NCBI GenBank assembly: GCA_013265495.1
Contig: MU058781.1
Span: 1,406,963-1,470,962, forward strand
DNA: 64,000 nt
Reading direction: 5' to 3'
From: Vicugna vicugna
Lineage: Eukaryota
Shown: in pieces, positions 24,434 through 37,835 of the stretch
How the letters are laid out: each line of letters starts with the position of its first letter
How positions within the stretch are numbered: the stretch's first letter is position 1
Program-made: the position numbers and the translations under genes
The notes under the pieces: generated by a model
Database searches by the model: none
What the model was told of the DNA's origin: nothing
Seen by the model: only the letters and a program-made list of their open reading frames with translations

Positions 24434-24447
24434 CCGCCATCTGCTGG
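24434..24447 (-). promoter_or_regulatory. CTCF motif
   Basis: CCAGCAGATGGCGG on the minus strand matches the core CCASYAGRKGGCRS. Confidence 0.55.
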
Positions 24448-25059
24448 AATTTTGTTCAGAGCTCATTTGTTCCATTCCTGTCAATTCTTTTATGTTGCCA
24501 TGCTTTTTTCCTCTCTTTTTAATGAGTGTAAAATTGGATGATTTGTTCTCAATTTAGTCCCACTAAAAATATTCTAAGTAACACCTGAAGATTTTAACAT
24601 GGTGAATTTGACCTTTTTTAATTCCAGCATCCATTCTGAATTTGACAAAGGTAAGTTGTGGACAGGGAAGCACAGATGGAAAATCTCTGCTTCGGAAAAC
24701 AACTAAAAATATCATTAGTATTAGTTTAATTTTTATTTCTCATTTAAAATCTGTTTGGCGTTCCATCGCACTTAATCCGTGAACAAAGAGTGCTAGTCTC
24801 AAGAGCCTGGTAGTGGACAATGAGGTTTCAAACCTTAAGCTGACAATGTTCACCTGCTGATTCTGAGGACCAAGTTCCAATAGGCAGAGTTGGTTTAGAT
24901 GGCTGTGTGGGAATGTGCGCTCAGGCTCAAAAGAGAAATGCAAGTGACACTGTAGTGCCAAACTATAGTAATATTGTTGGGTGAGCATAAATGGGCATTC
25001 TCTTCCTTCACTGGGAAAAATACAAGATGGCATGGCCTCTATGTGAAATGAATCCAAAT

Positions 25060-25350
25060 ACGTACATAGCCTTTAACCTAGTCATTCTGCTTGTCGGAAT
25101 TTATCCTACAGCTGCAGCTGCAAGTACACTAGACAATGCGTAGATACAGTGTATCATTTTTTAATATAGCAAAGACTGGAAACAATCTAAATGCTATCAA
25201 TAAGACACTGTTTAAATAAATTATGGTACAGTCATACAAAGGAATACAGTTCAGCCATTAAAAAGTATGAGGCAGTTCGCTACACACTGATGTGAATGAA
25301 TTTCCAAGATTCATTGTTAAGGGGGAGAAAAGCAAAGTACAGAGCACTAT
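25060..25350 (+). mobile_element. Old L1 (L1ME-like) fragment
   Basis: AATATAGCAAAGACTGGAAACAATCTAAATG...ATAAATTATGGTACAGTCATACAAAGGAATAC. Confidence 0.65.
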
Positions 25351-26160
25351 GTAGGCTGTACACACCTGTTAAGAATTGTCTTTTGCTGCAAATGTCAGAA
25401 ACCTCATAATAGTGGTTTAAGCTGTTTCTCTTGCCCATTAAAAAAAAATCCAGAAATATGCAGGTCATAACTTTTCAGGGGACTTGATGATCCTCAGAAC
25501 CCAGCTTCCTTTATCATGTTCTGTCATCCAGAGTGGACTGTTTCATAGTCCAAGAAGGCTACTCAAGCTCCAGTCATCAAGTACACATTCCAGCCAGCAG
25601 GAAGGAGGAAGATTTTCGAGAAATGTAACATACACTTGGGCTTCCATTCCAGTATGTAGAACTTAGGTTACGAAGCCAAATAATTAGGTAAAAGAAAGCC
25701 TGTGAAATGCAGGGTTTTTTTTTTAACTCAACAGCAATGAGCAACCCCAGTAAATTTGGAGTACTGTTACAAGAGGAGTGGGACAGTGGCTGTTGGCACT
25801 TGCAACCTCTACCATAGTATGCTTACATTTATGTGGTAGGGGGGGCATAAGTAATTTGTGTATGTATTTGTTTGGAAAATCTTGGAATATTGAGAGATAC
25901 ACAAGTGCCTAATAGCAATATTGTCTTTGCAAAGAGCTGGATGACTGAGAGAAAAGCGAGGAACAGAAGCCATTTTTGCAATTTACCATTTTTTAATATT
26001 TTGAACTGTATAGTATGTCCCTGTATTTTCTATAGGAAAAAAATTAATATAAAAGGTATCAGCTAACACTACTGTAGCAATCATGTTGCAATATACAAAA
26101 ATATCAAACCAACACCTTGGACACCTTAAACAGATTCAGTGTTATATGTCAATTATATCG

Positions 26161-26235
26161 AAAAGAAAGAAAGAAAGAAAGAGAGAGAAAGAAGGAAGGA
26201 AGGAAGGAAAGAAAGAAGGAAAGAAAGAAAGAAAG
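26161..26235. repeat. (GAAA)n/(GGAA)n tail of a short L1 3' fragment (~26065-26160)
   Basis: Direct observation; preceded by TGTTATATGTCAATTATATC, an L1 terminus. Confidence 0.85.
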
Positions 26236-28799
26236 ATTTGCCTTTGAGATTCTGCACCTGAACCTACTTTGTTAACTAAAAGTTCCTAGAGGAAATAAAG
26301 TGGAACGGAGAGGTGAAATCCCTTTAGCAGAAGAAAAGACCTGGAGAAATACGAGTTGCGTTTTCATTATGACCACTGGGAAACAGAGACTTGGAGTTCT
26401 GGTTTCACGCTGACTCACCCAGCCCTCCCATGACTGCATGGCCCCAGCACACATTTCTCAGTGGAGATAAGACTTGAGAGAAGTTTGGAGAGAATGGAGA
26501 GAAAAGGAAAACTCAGTGGGAGAAAACGAAATATTTGTTTCTCAGCATCAGTAACTTTCCCTTGATTACGTGCCTGCCCTCTGACACATGTGCCAACACA
26601 TTTACAAATGAAATACACACATTCAAATGTCAGCATCAGATATCCTGGACGAAATGCTCAGGTCAGTTGAGCATATGGGAATGCTTAAATGTTCTTTCGT
26701 TCAAGAGGATGATTTGGGGAGTTTGAGAGGTTTGCCCAGGGTGTCAGCTCATAGGGAAGGTATTCAACCACGAGTGACCCTGGACTGACCCCCCCCCCAC
26801 CTGCCTGTTGATGCCTGAAATTCCTTACCATGAGATAAAACCTCTCATTCCGCAATTTAGAGATAAACCTTAAAATTGGAGGATAATGCCGTGAAAATGG
26901 GGCTGGATGGCGAGCTGTGGAATACCGGAGAGGGGGACAGGAGGCAGTCAGCACCCTGCTGTGGCCGCGGAGAGGAAAGCGGGGTTGGGAGTGTGGGCAG
27001 TGCACACAGGCTGCTATCACACGGCGGGTGCATCCCCGCACCCATGGCAGACAGCCCACCTGAGGCCCTGAGATAGAAAGATACTCCCTTTTAAGGAAAA
27101 CTTCTGTGACCTGGGGCAAGAGACAGAGGAGAGGAAAGGTAGCAATGCTAAGGAGAAACAGAGCTGCATTCCATTTCCAGAGGAATATCCATCCCCCGTT
27201 CCCTGCTGGGGTACAAGGTTCAACATGCAGACCCCAATCGTTTGGTGGGAAAACTTGACGATGCCACGTTTGTACCAGCACTGAAGTCTTTCAATTAACA
27301 CCGGGGAAACATCTGGAAGAGAAACCGTGTTATCCCCTAGAGGATGAAGCAAATGAGCATTAAGTCCCTCAAAATGCATTACTTCTCAAAACCTTGAAAG
27401 CCTATTGTTTTTTATAGGTTTCTGTGTATGTAACATAAAGACGGTCACATGGTTAAGGCTCTTTAATTGTTCAGCATCTTGAGCATGTAAGGTGGTGTCC
27501 TTTCTTGGCTTTGCAGTGGCTCAGGCTTGCTTCCTTAATAACAGAGTAGAATTCTACTTAGAAATCTTGGGGGACAAGGGTGACACCCTTTACTAGGGTG
27601 AGATGTGTACCGATGGTGGCTCAGAAAATCAAGGTGAGCCCCCCACCACCACCAAAGTCTCAGTTCTTTTTTATTTTAACTGATTTCTGCTTCAAATTTG
27701 ACATTTCACTGGTTAAATTACACTGTTAGGAACTTTTTCTTCTTCCTTCCCTCCTTTCTTCCTTTCCTTCTTGACAAATAAAGGAACTTCTTAAGTTTAA
27801 AAATTATTTTTCAGCACGGACCTTATGTGATAACATAAGGAAACAAGACAGACTCAGCTCTTTCTTCTCTGTCCTCACACCCAACCAAGGCCTTGAATTT
27901 TCCCCCCAACTTTTTTTAAGAAGTAAACTCAAATCATCAGAAAAGCTGGGAAAATGAGACACAAACACTCAGATATCCCTCATCTGGATTTAACAATATT
28001 ATTATTTTACTAATTTTCCTTATCTCTCAATAGATACATAGCTTATGTGAGGTAGATTTGTAGAGGATAGGAACCAGAGAGACAGAAACAGAGAAGATAG
28101 TATACACACTTTTCCTAAGCCACCTGAAAGTCCATTGTAGACACCATGCTAATCCCCCCAAGGAGATTAGATTTGAGGAGAAGGCATCGCCTCAAAATAA
28201 ACTTTGAGAAAAGAGTGATGCTCTTTTTTTTTTTTTTTAAAGCTGGACTGGGTCCCTGAGGGACACTGACTGTGCTCTGAGTGTAAAATTACAAGGAGAA
28301 GACAAGTTGAATTCAGGTTAACCACGGAGCCTGCAGTTTTGACCTGGACTTAGATTTCATAAGTGGCCCAAGAAAAATTGCCCTCATATTCCTAAAACCC
28401 AGGGGTAACATTTAGCTCATTTCTGGGTGAGGCATGTTCAGGCTTAAGCCAGATTTGGGGAGCCAGACCGGAGTCAAGCCAGATTTGGGGAGTGAAGGAA
28501 ATACATCTAACTAGTTGTTATCTCTGTGGCTTGTACTTCCTGCCTGCGTGCCCCTCCCCTCTTCACATTCTCACATTGAATCAGGAATAATTTTGCACAC
28601 CAGACAACTGGCTGAGCACGTGCTGGGTTTTCTACCCACTGCAATAGCGAACATAATGTGTTGGAACGTTGTCACAACATAAAAAGCCTTCCTTACTCCT
28701 TTTTCTGGCTCCACCATTACATCTTTGGTCAGCCAGAGGGATCAGCAATATACTTGGGAGTCCTCTGTTTGATGTAGGTTCATGTCAGGCCATTGATCT

Positions 28800-29379
28800 T
28801 GAGGTGGGAAGCTCCCCCAAAAAGACGGGCAGGACCCCCAGGCAGGGCCACTACTCTCCTGCCAGCACCATCCGGTTCCCTGGCCCAGCGGCTTTATCTC
28901 ACTTTTTGCCTCTGAAATGGCTTACTTCTAGGAAAGTGGAACTTACCCCTAAAATTCTATTGGTTCTCTAAGCTTACTCCTGATTGGTCCATTTGTAGTA
29001 CTTTATTTGCATGGAGCTCACTCCTGATTGGTTATTTCTCTCACTCCTGACTGGTCCATTTCCCTCACTCCTGATTGGTTATTTCTCTCCCTCCTGATTG
29101 GTCCATTTCTACAAAGCTTGTTCCTAATTAGTCAACTTTTGTTATACCTTATTTGCATATGATGTTGCAAAGTGTAAACTAAAAAAGCCTAAAAAAAAAA
29201 AGTTCAGCCTAAAAAAGCCTGTGTAAACCTACAGACAGGGTCCAGAGCTTGGAGTGTTAGCTCCTCTGGGCCTTCTGGCGTAATAAACTGGAGTTCTCCA
29301 ACTTTCTGATTGCTGCTTGGTCTCTTGCCTGGATCCAGATTGCTGTCACAACTGAGCTGTAACACGTTTTTCTGCAACA
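28800..29379 (+). mobile_element. ERV1 (class I) solo LTR, copy A
   Basis: TG...CA termini with exact 4-bp TSD ATCT (28796-28799 and 29380-29383). Five ATTGG boxes, ATTTGCAT at 29005 and 29151, AATAAA at 29282. Homologous to 41481-42028. Confidence 0.92.
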
Positions 29380-30309
29380 ATCTGATGCAAATAATAATTT
29401 TGTTTCCAGTTCAGTACACTGCTTTCCAGTGTAGTTTGACTGTAATAATAACCCTCTATTTGATAAAATATTGCCAGTATTTCTGTTTCATGTACAGTCT
29501 TGTGATCTCAAAACTGGTCCTAGATTTAGTCCAACATTTTTCAGAATGTATTTTTCTATAGAAAAAGTGGTCCAGAAAAAAATACTATTTTGAGATAAAT
29601 ATCTTCCAGTTACTCTGATACAGATTTTAGCCACATTTATATTCCTTAATGTTCAATGTGTATCTTGACTACATTAGAAACTCAAGAAAGAAATATAGAA
29701 AGTCAAGGAACAAATCAAATTGTTACATTTACTGCCACCATAAGCAATATGGAACATTAAAAACAACAAGTATTCATAAAAAAGAGCAAAGATGGTATGG
29801 TAATATACAATTAAGGAGGACATTATAACTGGACTGTATAGGAAGAGCCTGCCTGATTTCTTCCCAGCAATGTGTCTTCATCAAAACTCATACATATTCA
29901 GCCAAATGCATAGCATGTCAATGAATTCGATGAACTGCCACTGATGCTGAAACATCTATTTCCTCCCATCGGTTTATGGGAATTATGTAAAATACTTAAT
30001 GCAATGTGTTTTCACTGCAATCCTATTTTTGTTTCCCATCCAGTGAATTTTCATTTAAACCAATGTGTTTACCTGAGACTGGAGTGCTTGCGTTCATCGG
30101 AACCGAAATGCAGTTACAGATACAGGCAACATGTCGGAGACCAAACCAATGCATTTTGATGCAACTCAGCCAATTTTCCACAACATGCATTCTGACTCTC
30201 TAGGGATCCAAAGTTCCCTGCCATTGTAAATGTACCTGATTGGAGGGAAGCAGGAGAAACAGATGTCCTGGATGGTGGGGAAATACAAGAACTGTGGATT
30301 TCTTAAAAC

Positions 30310-30475
30310 CTTGTTCCCCAAAGTGTGCTCTGGGGACCAGCAGTGCTGGCATCCCCAGAAGCTTGTAGTAAAGGCAGCATCTCAGGCCCCTCCCCAGACC
30401 TATTGATTGAGAATCTGCATCTTAACCAAGATCCCCATGTGACTTGTTCCAGCAGTAAAATGTTTCAAGCACTAT
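30310..30475. mobile_element. MER5A hAT element
   Basis: CCCAAAGTGTGCTCTGGGGACCAGCAG...CTCAGGCCCCTCCCCAGACCTATTGATTGAGAATCTGCATCTTAAC. Confidence 0.8.
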
Positions 30476-33384
30476 TTTAAAACCAACTCTTAATGTCCAT
30501 AGTTGTCTCTGGGGTGATACTCAAAGCTCTCTGAGGCAAACGCACTCTTTCCAGTGAGTGGACAGCTTGGTGAAAACAGGGGCTGAAACCAGCTTACTTT
30601 GTAGGACCCCCGCCCTTTTCCTTTTTTTGCGCACTTGATACATGTGTAGTATTTTTTTTTCTGTCAAGAATCGGACAGTGCAGAAGTCTGCAGAACAGTT
30701 TCTTCTTATCTTCACTTCTTTCTACTTTCTCTTCTATGAATTGAAGTACCTCTATATGTTTAAATACATTTTATAAACATAAATGGGATATATGTTATAT
30801 ATTATACATATTTTTCATTTATCTACATGTTCCTAATATCGGTTCTGGTCCACATATGTGGGACAACCTCAGTCTGTTTTTTCACAACTGCATCATTCTC
30901 CATAGTGTAGGTAATTTGTGTGGCCAGTTCCCTGTACATGGACATTTAGATTGTTTCCATTTTTGTTTCTATTATAAACAGTGTCACATAACATCTATCT
31001 TTGTGGCTATGTCAGAGAATTTGTTTAGATTAGGTCCCTAGAAATGAAATTTTAGGATCAAGAAAGAGGAGTACAAATAGCCTAAAATCATATGTTAATA
31101 GGTTAGCTCTCAGCAGTAATCAAAGGTATGCAAATTAAACAATAGAACGCTTCACCCTTTCCAGGTTGGCAATGATTTAAAAGACGGATACACTTTTGTA
31201 AGAGTACGAGTTGGTGAAGACTTTGAGGAAGGCAATTTGACAACATCCAATCCAAAGCTCTGATGTCGTGAAGGTCGTGCTCAGTCTGCACCCAGGGCTG
31301 GTGGGCTTTCCTTCAGGTGGGAGGACTTGGCGCCTCGAAAGGCCCGAGTCCCACGTCTTAAGACTCTTAAACAAACCTCTTTCGTGCCGGGCACGGGTGC
31401 CTTCTCCTCCGGCAGGCAAGCCCCGGGAGGGGTCAGAAGGACTCACTTCAGTGCAGTCAGGACCCCACACTGCCACCACCCCTTCCCGCCGTCTCCTCAG
31501 CGCCGGACGGGAGGGGCTGGCCCATCCCATCTCTCTCCGAGAGGAGCAGCTTTCTTCTGCTCATCCTATTGCCCTTCCCAGAACTTGGGTCTTCATTGGG
31601 GCTTCTCTAGTCCCTCTTGCCAGAGACCCTGAAGTTGTTTCTTAGGGACTGGGGGTTGAGTGAGTGGGCCCTCCCCTCCCCAAAGGCCCAGGTCTCCTTC
31701 TGTGCACCGCCCACTCTCCCCTCCAGGACCCGGTCCCTATGCCAAGCACTGCGACAGCCTTGGCGCATCTATTCTCCCGGACAAGATGTGCCTACCCTGC
31801 TTCTATTTGCGAAAGTAACAGAGAAATTCGTGCACGTAACCGCTCACCAGGCAAAAGAGATCACTTGAAAAAAAAAAAAATACTGCACCCCGCTGTGCGG
31901 AGATTTGTGAGAAACCCCAGGAGGATGGAGGATGGCCTCCCAGGTGCCCTCCCTCCACACCGCGGGCGAGTCCCGGGCACGGCTAACCTGGGTGGCAAGC
32001 TCCGCCACATCCAAGGAACATTTTCTCTCAAAACCAGCTAAAGCGCGAGTCGGATGGTACAAGGGCCCCCGCGTCGCCTGCATCGCGTCCCCGGGGGTGC
32101 TCCCCTTCCCGCCTGCTCACGCGGCGTCTGCTCTAAGCGGCAGAGGCGGGCACTGAAGGGGCTCCCCTGCATTGGGAGGATCAGCCCCAGGTCAGAGTTT
32201 CTGCCCTGCTGTGGGCAGTGTTGCTGGAGAGGAGGGTACCCTTTCTGGCCCTCACATCTGGAACATTCAGAAACAGTTATTCCAGGAGCGGCAGCACGAG
32301 CTGGGTCCTTGGGGGACGGAAGACAAGAGTGGACCTGGTCTCATTCCGGGAAGATGATGGTGTGAGGCCAGACAGGAGGGCCGTCTGAGAAGGTTGCTTC
32401 ATCTGTAACTGTCACCGTGGGGAGAGCCTTGTCCATGTCGTTATCGCCCGTTACTGTGAAACACATGTGCCTCAAAAATGCTCTCGTGTGTGCCCTGTTC
32501 GGTTAATGCTGTCAGTGGTCTCTGGACCTGTTTGCAACTGGGAATTCTAAACAGAGTCCAAAATTCTAGACCGAGGCAAGGATTTGGAGAGGCAGAGATG
32601 CTACTTCCAGAGTAAGAGGTAAGACAAAACGTCTCTGCTGGTGGTGTGGAAAGGAGAGAGGTAGCAGGTCAGGCGGAGGGGGAGCTGCCCTCCCCCAGGA
32701 TTTGGGTCCAGGTGACGTCAGATGGAAATGAACCCTAAAAGCCAAAAGAAAGCCACGTGGGTTGCTGGCTGCTTGCTGTCCACGTCCTGCCTTGTATCCG
32801 TCTTCTCTGCTGACTGCCTTTTCCCCAGCCTTTGCAGAGTCAGGAATTCAAAAGCAAAAATAGTTTCAGTAGCTGCGTCTTTGATATGCAACTGCCCTTG
32901 TTTTAGACAGACTTCTAGGAACATTAATTTTTTTGTCACTGTCAAATCTGATCTGCTGTGTATTTTAATGCATTTTTTTTAAAGTTCTTCCAGCCATTTT
33001 CCTTCAGATGTAGGCAGCCAGCTGGGTGCTGTCAGGAGGAGTGGCAGTTCTTAGCCCTTTTTGTGGAATGGTTGGGTCTTGGGCACCCCCAGGGATATGA
33101 CCCCGGGAGCCCCTATGTCCCCACTCCCCTGAAGTGAGTTTTGAAGACTTACACTATTGTTTATCTTGGCAAAAGACCAGAGGTCTGGGGCAGAGGACAG
33201 TCCAGGAAAGCTGATCCAGCCTCCCTTCCACCTCCATCCTTTTGTCCTCCCAGGAAAGATATTTCAGAAATGGATCTTGATAAAATAGGATATTTGGTCA
33301 CCTGGGTGCATGACCTCATAGCCATACTTACATCCACATCCATCGCCAAGGATCAAGTTGGTCAAAGTTGCTATTGACTTTGTG

Positions 33385-33785
33385 GTGGCTTAATGCAGCA
33401 ATTTATTCTCGTGAAGTTGTGGAGACCAGAAGTGTGAAATTGTGTCACTGGGCCAAAATCAAAGGTCAGTATGGTCCCTCCAGAGGCTCTGGAGGAGAAT
33501 CGAATCCTGGCCTCTCCCACTGCCCAGTAGCTGCCCTCACTCTTTGGCTCAAGGCTCCATCACTCCAGTCTCTGCCTCTTCCTCTTCTGTCCTGTAAAAC
33601 TTCCCAGTCGTAAGGACACTGATTGCATTTCAGGGTCCATCAGGATAATTCAGGATAATATCCTCATCTCAAAATCCTTAATTACGTCCACAAAGTCCTC
33701 TTTTTGCCATGCAAGCTCACATTCACAGGGCCCAGGGCTTAGGACGTGGCTATCTTCTGAGGAGCCATTAGTAATCCAACCATTC
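33385..33785 (-). mobile_element. MLT1B/C-type MaLR LTR
   Basis: AATTTATTCTC...GGAGACCAGAAGT..., CAGGATAATATCCTCATCTCAAAATCCTTAATTAC, TTAGGACGTGG. Confidence 0.85.
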
Positions 33786-34984
33786 GCACATCTTAAGAGG
33801 AGAATTCATACTGAGGCCCCCAGGCCAAGGTCAAAGACTGCTCCCCAGGACAGTGATGCCAATGACAACTCTCAGGCAAAAGTCTAGATGTTGGGGTAAC
33901 ACCTGCAGCAAAGAGCATAAGGGGTGAGAAGAGTCTTTACAAGATGCGATTTTTTTCCCCCTGAGTCTGGGGGATACAGGCTGGCCCCAGTAGAGGAAAA
34001 ACTGGATGGGTCAGATGCCAGGAAGGTAAAAAGATAAATGCTCATTTGCCAGATAGGCAGTGGTTTGTCTGTAGATTTCCTAAAAACAGAAGGAAGAGAG
34101 GAGGAGGAAACAGAGATTTCATTAATATGAAAAGAACCTGAATATTTAAACCAGTGGCCAGACTTAGTGCCGCTGATAGTAGGAAAGCCTTCTGATGTGA
34201 TGTAATGAAGAGATACTTGAAATTAGCTACGTGGTACTCACAACAAAAAGGAAAAAAGAAAAGTTAAATCATGTAGAAACCATCAGACAAAACCAGAATG
34301 TGGGACATTTTACAAAACAACTATCCTGGACTCTTCAAAATATTTCCGTACACGAAAAAAATCTGAGGGCATAGTTCTTGGTTAAAGGACAGGAAAGAGA
34401 CGTAACAGCCAAATGTAACTTCCGATCCTTCATTAGATCCTGGATTTTTTTTTTTAAGTAGCTATTAAAGGAATTTTTTGAAATTATTAGGGAAATGTGA
34501 ATATAGACCATCTTGCCACATGATATGAAGTTAACATTGATTTTTAGCTGTGGGAATGCTCTTTTATGTCAGCGGGTATTTTTAACATTGGAAGATTCAG
34601 GCATGGACTCTTCAGGTGTTTGCAACTGACATTTGATACATTTAAGGGAAAAGCATGTGAGTGTTTATTGCATGATTTCTCTGACTTTTCTGTAGGTTTT
34701 GAAATTGTTTTGCCAAATCAAAAGGAAAAATTTAAAGAAAAATTGTGACAGTTACCTGGTGAATCGGTGGTGCGTATCACCAATGGTCACAGAAGTTTAA
34801 AAAAAAAACTTGTAATGGCTGATGGCATCCTGAGCACCACAGAGGGCTGGGCTCAAGACGGCGCCATGGCCCCCCATCGTGCCTTGTCTCTTGGGGCCCA
34901 CACCCTCGTCAGGGTGTTCATCCTCTCACTAGGAGTGCTCAGTAAATGCCCACTTATTTGGCGAACTTCAAGTCATAGAACGGG

Positions 34985-35600
34985 TGAGATGACCGACGGA
35001 ATAAGTGTAGATAGAAGAGAGAACTTCAAAAGGTGAGCTCTTGGGTAGCCAGTATTTTGAGATCAGCAATAGAAGGAGGAACCAGCAAAGGAAACTGAGA
35101 AAGAGTGTCCAGAAAGGTAGGAGGAAAAAAACAGGTAAATACGATGTCTTGGAAACTAAGTGAGGTGAGATTTTCCAGGAAGACAGCAAGATGTCAACCG
35201 TTTCAAATGCCACTGAGAGTCACTAGATATAACCGTTGAAATGAATAACGTGGAGGTCACCGGGGACCTCGATGAGAAACTGGTCAGTAGTGTAGTGGGG
35301 GGGGACTCTCTCTGGAAGGAGTTCAGGAGAGAATGGGAAGGGAAGAGTGGGAAGCCACACTTAGACACATCACTTCAGATGCTTCTTCTGTAAAAGAAAG
35401 GATACGATGGAGGTAGTATGTAGAGGGGAGGGGTGTGAACTTAACAGGGGATTGTTCTTAAGATCGTACGAATACCAGTGTGCTCACTAGTATAACACAG
35501 TAAAGATTAGTCTAATGCAGTGAAGAGGACCACATTTACGACACAGGATGGGATGGCATGGAGAACGGCTGGAGTGATGTCCTGGAGTAGGAGAGGGCTG
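34985..35600 (-). mobile_element. L2 fragment
   Basis: GAGGAACCAGCAAAGGAAACTGAGAAAGAG...TGTCAACCGTTTCAAATGCCACTGAGAG...GGAGGTCACCGGGGACCT. Confidence 0.7.
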
Positions 35601-35606
35601 GATGTG

Positions 35607-35972
35607 AAAAATACCATATGATATCGCTCATATGTAGAATCTGAAAAAAACAAAAACATAAATACAAAACAGAAATAGACTCATAGACATAGAATACAAA
35701 CTTGTGGTTGCCAAGGGGGTGGGGAGTGGGAAGGGACAGACTGGGATTTCAAATTGTAGAACAGATAAACAATATTATACTGTGTAGCACAGGGAAATGT
35801 ACACAAGATCTTGTGGTAGCTCACAGAGAAAGGGAATGTGACAATGAATATATGCATGTTCATGTATGGCTGAAAAATTGTGCTCTACACTGGAATTTGA
35901 CACAACATTGTAAAATGACTATAACTCAGTAAAAAAAAAATGTTAAAAAGAAAATAAAAAGAAAAAGAAAAA
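35607..35972 (+). mobile_element. Young camelid-type L1 3' end with A-rich tail
   Basis: AAAATACCATATGATATCGCTCATATGTAGAATCT...CTGAAAAATTGTGCTCTACACTGGAATTTGACACAACATTGTAAAATGACTATAACTC followed by an A-rich tail. Confidence 0.92.
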
Positions 35973-36081
35973 GGTCAGAAGAGGTACCACCTGGAGAGCA
36001 AACCTGGGCAGAGCTTTGAACCGGGAGGTCAGAGATGCCTAAGGAAGTGTACGCGGCGGGAGGAGCTTTACCTGCTCCATG

Positions 36082-36095
36082 GCGCCACCTGGTGG
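36082..36095 (-). promoter_or_regulatory. CTCF motif (perfect consensus)
   Basis: CCACCAGGTGGCGC on the minus strand. Confidence 0.7.
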
Positions 36096-37329
36096 GAACC
36101 AGCCTCACGGTACAAAACCAAGGAGAAAAGATTTAATACACAAATGCTGCAGCCAGGACTCCTATTATTAGTATTTAAAGGGAATATATTTTAGGACTAA
36201 TTCTGATATTCCTTTTTCAAAAACTGAGTTTTTATTTTGTTTTTGTTTAGCTGGTAAATAATCTTTCAAACAAGAAAAGTCCTGCCAACTCAAAAGTAGC
36301 TTTTCAAGTGGTGGTGAACGCGGTACTTCCCTGTAACTATTATTCGCCTTTTTCTACTCATCCTTACAGCAAGTTTTGCTGACTACCGTTTCCTTTGGAC
36401 ACTTTCTGAGCTCCTTCTTCTCCGGTCAATCACGGTTACAAAGTATTTGCGTCGTTTCGTCAGCACTGTCCCGCTGCGCGGCAATCTCTGCCCACATTCT
36501 GCAACTCAGCTTAACCCACAAACACACAAAGACAAATACAAACACCCCTCAGCTCATCGTTTACCTGTTGCTTCTCAACCCCCAGCCCACCTTCCTACTG
36601 CTCTGGGACCCTGGGACTGGGAAGTTCACAAGCTGCAAGCTATGGTTCTCCTTTGTCAGCTAGTTTGGGCTTCTCTTCTAAGAAGTCTAAGGACACTTTC
36701 TTTCCCACAGTGTGGCACTGAGAAACAGGAGCGGGGACCTCAGCATCCTAGAAAAGCGGGATGAAAAGAGGATGGTTGTCTTCTGTAGGGAAATGACGGT
36801 GGAAGATGTTGCCACTGAGACAGGCTTCCTGATTTCAATGGGATGTGGATTATGAGAGCCAACTTTACTCCCAGGGTCTATGTGGGTACAAATACCATAA
36901 TAGGGCAACAGGGGTGAAGACTTCATCAGGATGTTTGGACCCACAGGGATCTTTGGTAATGACTAATTACTTATTTCATAAGTAATTAATAAGTAAACTT
37001 ATTTACTTAATCTGTTTTACTAGAGAAATGCTAGGTCTGGTGACCAAAAACCTGACTTGAGTTGCCACATTGGAGTGTCAGTCTCCCACCCTGTTTCCAG
37101 ACCCAAGACAGTTATTAGATCTGGAGCCCTTGACGGCGAGGAGGCAGGGTCATCTTGAGGAATGACCCAGAAACATTGCCATAAGTAGATGTTGTATTTC
37201 TTCCTCCAGACTTTCTCCAAATGGATCTGTGTTCATCACTAGGGGTGCTGTGCATGAAGAAAGAGAAATATGCAGCTAGAAGGAAAGAAAGGTCTTAACT
37301 TTCCCCAGAGTGGTACAACCCAGCCAGCA

Positions 37330-37480
37330 CGTACCAGCGGAGCAGGCGCTCCCGGCAGACTGGATTCTGAGGGTGCTTGATCAAGAGGACCAGACATAAA
37401 TGTGGATAAGGGAGAGTTTATGGACTTGAGAAACTTGCTCTGAGAGGCAGAATTTAACCCCTGGAAAGGACCCCCAAAGT
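37330..37480 (+). mobile_element. ERVL/MaLR internal gag remnant
   Basis: Translates with a frameshift to DWILRVLDQ..INVDKGEFMDL, resembling ERVL gag WEWILRVWDNGGRNIKLDQAEFIDM. Confidence 0.6.
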
Positions 37481-37504
37481 TGGTGTAACTTACAACTAGG
37501 ATGG

Positions 37505-37835
37505 TGTAAGGGGTTAAATGGTGACCCCACCACCATCAACATATGTTCACGCCTAATCCTCGGAGCCTGTGAATATGACCTTATTTGAAAAAGAAGCCCT
37601 TTGGCAGAAGTAATTAAGTTACAGACCTCAAAATTAGATCATCCTGGATTTTCCTGTGGGCCATAAATCCAATGACAAGTGTCCTTATAAGACAGACGCG
37701 GAGAAGAGGGGAAGATCACGCGAGGACCCAGGCACAGGCTGAAGTGATGCAGCCACCAGTGGAGAAACACCTGGAGCCAGAGAAGCCGGAAGAGGCAAAG
37801 AAGGAGGCTCCGGGGCTGTAGAGCGAGTGCTGTGC
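37505..37835 (+). mobile_element. MLT1B/C-type MaLR LTR
   Basis: CCTGTGAATATGACCTTATTTG...TAGATCATCCTGGATT...TAAATCCAATGACAAGTGTCCTTATAAGA...GAAGCCGGAAGAGGCAA. Confidence 0.88.

Noticed and set aside
1..27000. Orthologues of human TFAP2A-AS1, LINC00518 and MIR5689
   Set aside because: Expected here by synteny, but I cannot identify exons or a hairpin from the sequence alone; this needs alignment and expression data.
28446..28492. 17-bp direct repeat AAGCCAGATTTGGGGAG x2
   Set aside because: A small local tandem duplication, probably within an old LTR; no sign of function.
28960..29110. CRISPR-like array of CTCCTGATTGG repeats
   Set aside because: Eukaryotic context. The units are the CCAAT enhancer repeats of an LTR U3 region, with short related spacers.
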